The notes beneath the pieces are model-generated. The model saw only the letters and a program-made list of their open reading frames with translations, did no database searches and was not told the DNA's origin. This document shows positions 61,661 through 64,000 of a DNA stretch of 64,000 bases, in pieces. The DNA comes from an uncultured Nitrososphaerota archaeon (GTDB lineage Archaea > Thermoproteota > Nitrososphaeria > Conexivisphaerales > DTJL01): positions 192,001 to 256,000 of the forward strand of contig CAWJIE010000002.1 in assembly GCA_963842885.1 (NCBI GenBank), given 5' to 3'. Position 1 is the stretch's first letter, and the number at the start of each line of letters is the position of its first letter. A program made the translations under genes and the position numbers.

Positions 61661-62317
61661 TCAGACCTGTGAGATGGAGGCGCCGCGGGTCGGCCTACGG
61701 AGGTTCCGAAACAGCCAGTAGAGGGAGAAGGCGGCGACCACGACCACTGCCCATGCGTAGGCGAATCCTTCGAAGGAGTACTCGATGGAGATGGCCTCCA
61801 GGAAGGCGGCGAAGAACAGCGTTAAGACGACGAGCAGGACGGAGATGGCCGCCCGGGGAACCTCGGCACGAAGGCCTCTCCTGAAGGCGGCGTAGACCAG
61901 GAGGAAGCTCTCCGCCACGGCGATGGCGTAGGCCGCCAGTTCGAACCAAGCATGAGGGGACAGGAACGTTGTGATCAGAAGCAGGGCCGCAGGGATGCCT
62001 GAGGATGAGCCCAACGCGGAGTATATCTGGCCGGTCGTCAGGGTGACGCCGAAGAACAGGTACCACCCAAAGCCGGGGACGAACTCTTCGAGGGCGATCC
62101 GGACATTGTTGACGAAGATGTCGATGGTCTTGGAAATCAGAGAAGCGTTCTGCACCTCGGAGACCAGCCCTTTTGTGTCGTTCAGCAGGGAGTTGGCTTG
62201 ATCCGCCGGGAGGGTGACGAAGGAGACGGCGGCGAAGAGGGCCACCTGTAAGACGAATACCACGACCACCACCTTGAGCCAGCTGTTGTCGAACAGCCGC
62301 TTCCTCGCAGGCTCCAT
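61661..62317 (-). CDS. Stage II sporulation protein M (SpoIIM) family membrane protein
   Basis: IFVNNVRIA, PHAWFELAAY, AAFLEA. Confidence 0.85.
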   Translation of the reverse strand: MEPARKRLFDNSWLKVVVVVFVLQVALFAAVSFVTLPADQANSLLNDTKGLVSEVQNASLISKTIDIFVNNVRIALEEFVPGFGWYLFFGVTLTTGQIYSALGSSSGIPAALLLITTFLSPHAWFELAAYAIAVAESFLLVYAAFRRGLRAEVPRAAISVLLVVLTLFFAAFLEAISIEYSFEGFAYAWAVVVVAAFSLYWLFRNLRRPTRGASISQV

Positions 62318-62480
62318 CAGACGCTCGCCGGCGGCTCTCCTATTTCATTCCATCGGCCGATACCACTCTTTGAAGCCGACCGACCGACGGGTGCAAGCCT
62401 GCGCGGCCAGTCCCGCTGCCCGGGCCCAAAGAGGGAGCCTTCAGTCCATTCGCTCCTCGTCATGGCACCCTGACCCGACA

Positions 62481-64000
62481 TCACTGAGGCTCTATCGTCG
62501 AGGGCGGCTTGTTGGTGATGGCATAGGTCACCATCGAAACCTCGGGGAGCCTGTTCGTGATCTTCCTGCTGGCGGCGTCAAGGAGCTCGCTGGGCAGGCG
62601 GACCCAGTCAGCTGTCATCCCGTCCTCCGAAGTCACGGCCTTGAGGGTGACGAGGAACCCGTCACGCCGCTGGTCGCCGGTGACGCCGACGACCTTGTCG
62701 TCCCCGACGATGGCGAACGCCTGCCAAAGGCTCTCGTAGAGGCCGGCGGAGCGCAGTTCGTCCTCGAAGATGGCCCCGGCTTCGCGGCAGACCTTCAGCT
62801 TCTGGGGTGTCACTTCGCCTATGACCCTGACGGCCAGGCCAGGTCCGGGGAAGGGATGGCGGACCAAGAACTCTCGTGGCATCCCCAGCTGGGATGCGAT
62901 CCTCCTGACTTCGTCCTTGTACAGCTCCCTGAGAGGTTCCAGGAGCTTGAACGACATGCCCTTCGGCAGGCCCGCGACGTTGTGGTGGGCCTTTATCCTC
63001 GAGGCGGGCCCCGCCGTTGAGGCGCTCTCTATGACGTCAGGGTAGAGGGTCCCCTGGGCCAGCCATTGGAACGGGCCGTACTTGTCGTTGAACTCTTCGA
63101 AGACCTTCACGAACTCCGCCCCGACAGTGAGCCTCTTCTTCTCAGGTTCCTTGACCCCCTTGAGCGCGCTCAGGAAGCGCTTGGACGCGTCGATGTGGAC
63201 GACCTTCAGGCCCAGCAGGTCACGGAGCGTGTGCATGACCTCCTCGCTTTCGCCCTTCCTGAGCAGGCCGTGGTCCACGAAGAGGCAGGTAAGGTTCTCG
63301 CCGACGGCCTTGGAGATCATCAGGGCGAGGGTCGATGAGTCGACTCCTCCGCTGACCGCGCAGAGGACCCTGTCGGCGCCGACGGTCTTCCGTATCTCTT
63401 CGATCTCCGAGCTGACGAAGTCCTCCAGCCTCCAGGCCTTCTTGCAACCGCACACATCGTAGACGAAGGCTGCCAGGATGGCCATGCCATACTCGGTCTG
63501 CGTGACTTCGGGGTGGAACTGGATGCCGAAGACCCTGCGTCGGCGGTCCTCGATTGCGGCGAAGAGGGAGTTGTCTGATGTGGCGGTCACCTGGAATCCC
63601 TTCGGCATCTTGGTCACCTGGTCGCCGTGGCTGGCCCAGATGCGGCTGCGGGGAGGGACCCTCTGCAGGAGGGAGGAGCCGGCGCGCACCTTGAGGGTGG
63701 ACTCGCCATATTCGCTGCTCAGGGCGGGCTTCACTGCCCCCCCGAAGAGGTGGGCTATGAGCTGGTGGCCGTAGCAGATGCCCAGGATGGGGAGCCCAAG
63801 GTTGAGGACGTCGGGCGAAGGCTTCGGCGCACCCTTCGCATATACGCTGGCGGGGCCGCCGGAGAAGATGAGCCCCTTCGCCCCACTTTCGCGGACCTCG
63901 CTGGTCGGTATCGAACAGGGAACCAGCCGGCACGGCACCTCGAGTTCCCTGACTCGCCGGACTATGAGGTGCGCGTACTGTCCTCCGAAGTCGAGGACGA
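62481..64000 (-). CDS. guaA: GMP synthase, glutamine-hydrolysing, fused (start lies beyond window end)
   Basis: VLDFGGQY, LGICYGHQL, QFHPEV, SGGVDS, QGTLYPDVIES, HPFPGPGL, KPPSTIE. Confidence 0.96.
   Translation of the reverse strand, partial: VLDFGGQYAHLIVRRVRELEVPCRLVPCSIPTSEVRESGAKGLIFSGGPASVYAKGAPKPSPDVLNLGLPILGICYGHQLIAHLFGGAVKPALSSEYGESTLKVRAGSSLLQRVPPRSRIWASHGDQVTKMPKGFQVTATSDNSLFAAIEDRRRRVFGIQFHPEVTQTEYGMAILAAFVYDVCGCKKAWRLEDFVSSEIEEIRKTVGADRVLCAVSGGVDSSTLALMISKAVGENLTCLFVDHGLLRKGESEEVMHTLRDLLGLKVVHIDASKRFLSALKGVKEPEKKRLTVGAEFVKVFEEFNDKYGPFQWLAQGTLYPDVIESASTAGPASRIKAHHNVAGLPKGMSFKLLEPLRELYKDEVRRIASQLGMPREFLVRHPFPGPGLAVRVIGEVTPQKLKVCREAGAIFEDELRSAGLYESLWQAFAIVGDDKVVGVTGDQRRDGFLVTLKAVTSEDGMTADWVRLPSELLDAASRKITNRLPEVSMVTYAITNKPPSTIEPQ

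Overview
High-GC archaeal chromosomal segment, most likely TACK (basal Nitrososphaerota- or Bathyarchaeia-like). The assignment rests on archaeal marker genes (ABCE1/Rli1, Trm5-like, Tfx, NreA, DUF99), TATA-type promoters and frequent TTG/GTG starts. Contents: an alpha-glucan/glycogen cluster (NDP-sugar synthase, GH57, GH133, GalT-like, two GT4 plus an N-domain-only GT4); three multi-PAS histidine kinases with no response regulator in the window; a VKOR/DUF929 pair; a peptide ABC transporter; a wHTH-fused LigD-Pol-like primase-polymerase; a preQ0 cluster (queD, queC, folE2); Tfx, TOBE and modABC; a xanthine-dehydrogenase-family operon with MoaD; one atypical tRNA-Arg(GCG); glutamate dehydrogenase; and guaA. 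About 15 genes carry single-base frameshifts that look like assembly errors. The most unusual signals are a non-coding, helically phased GAACG array (11 units, about 10.3-bp period) with a nearby 12-bp hairpin carrying the same motif, and the tRNA with C33 and C55. No CRISPR array, rRNA, transposase or integrase was recognised. All family calls are from motif recognition by eye; no database search was run.
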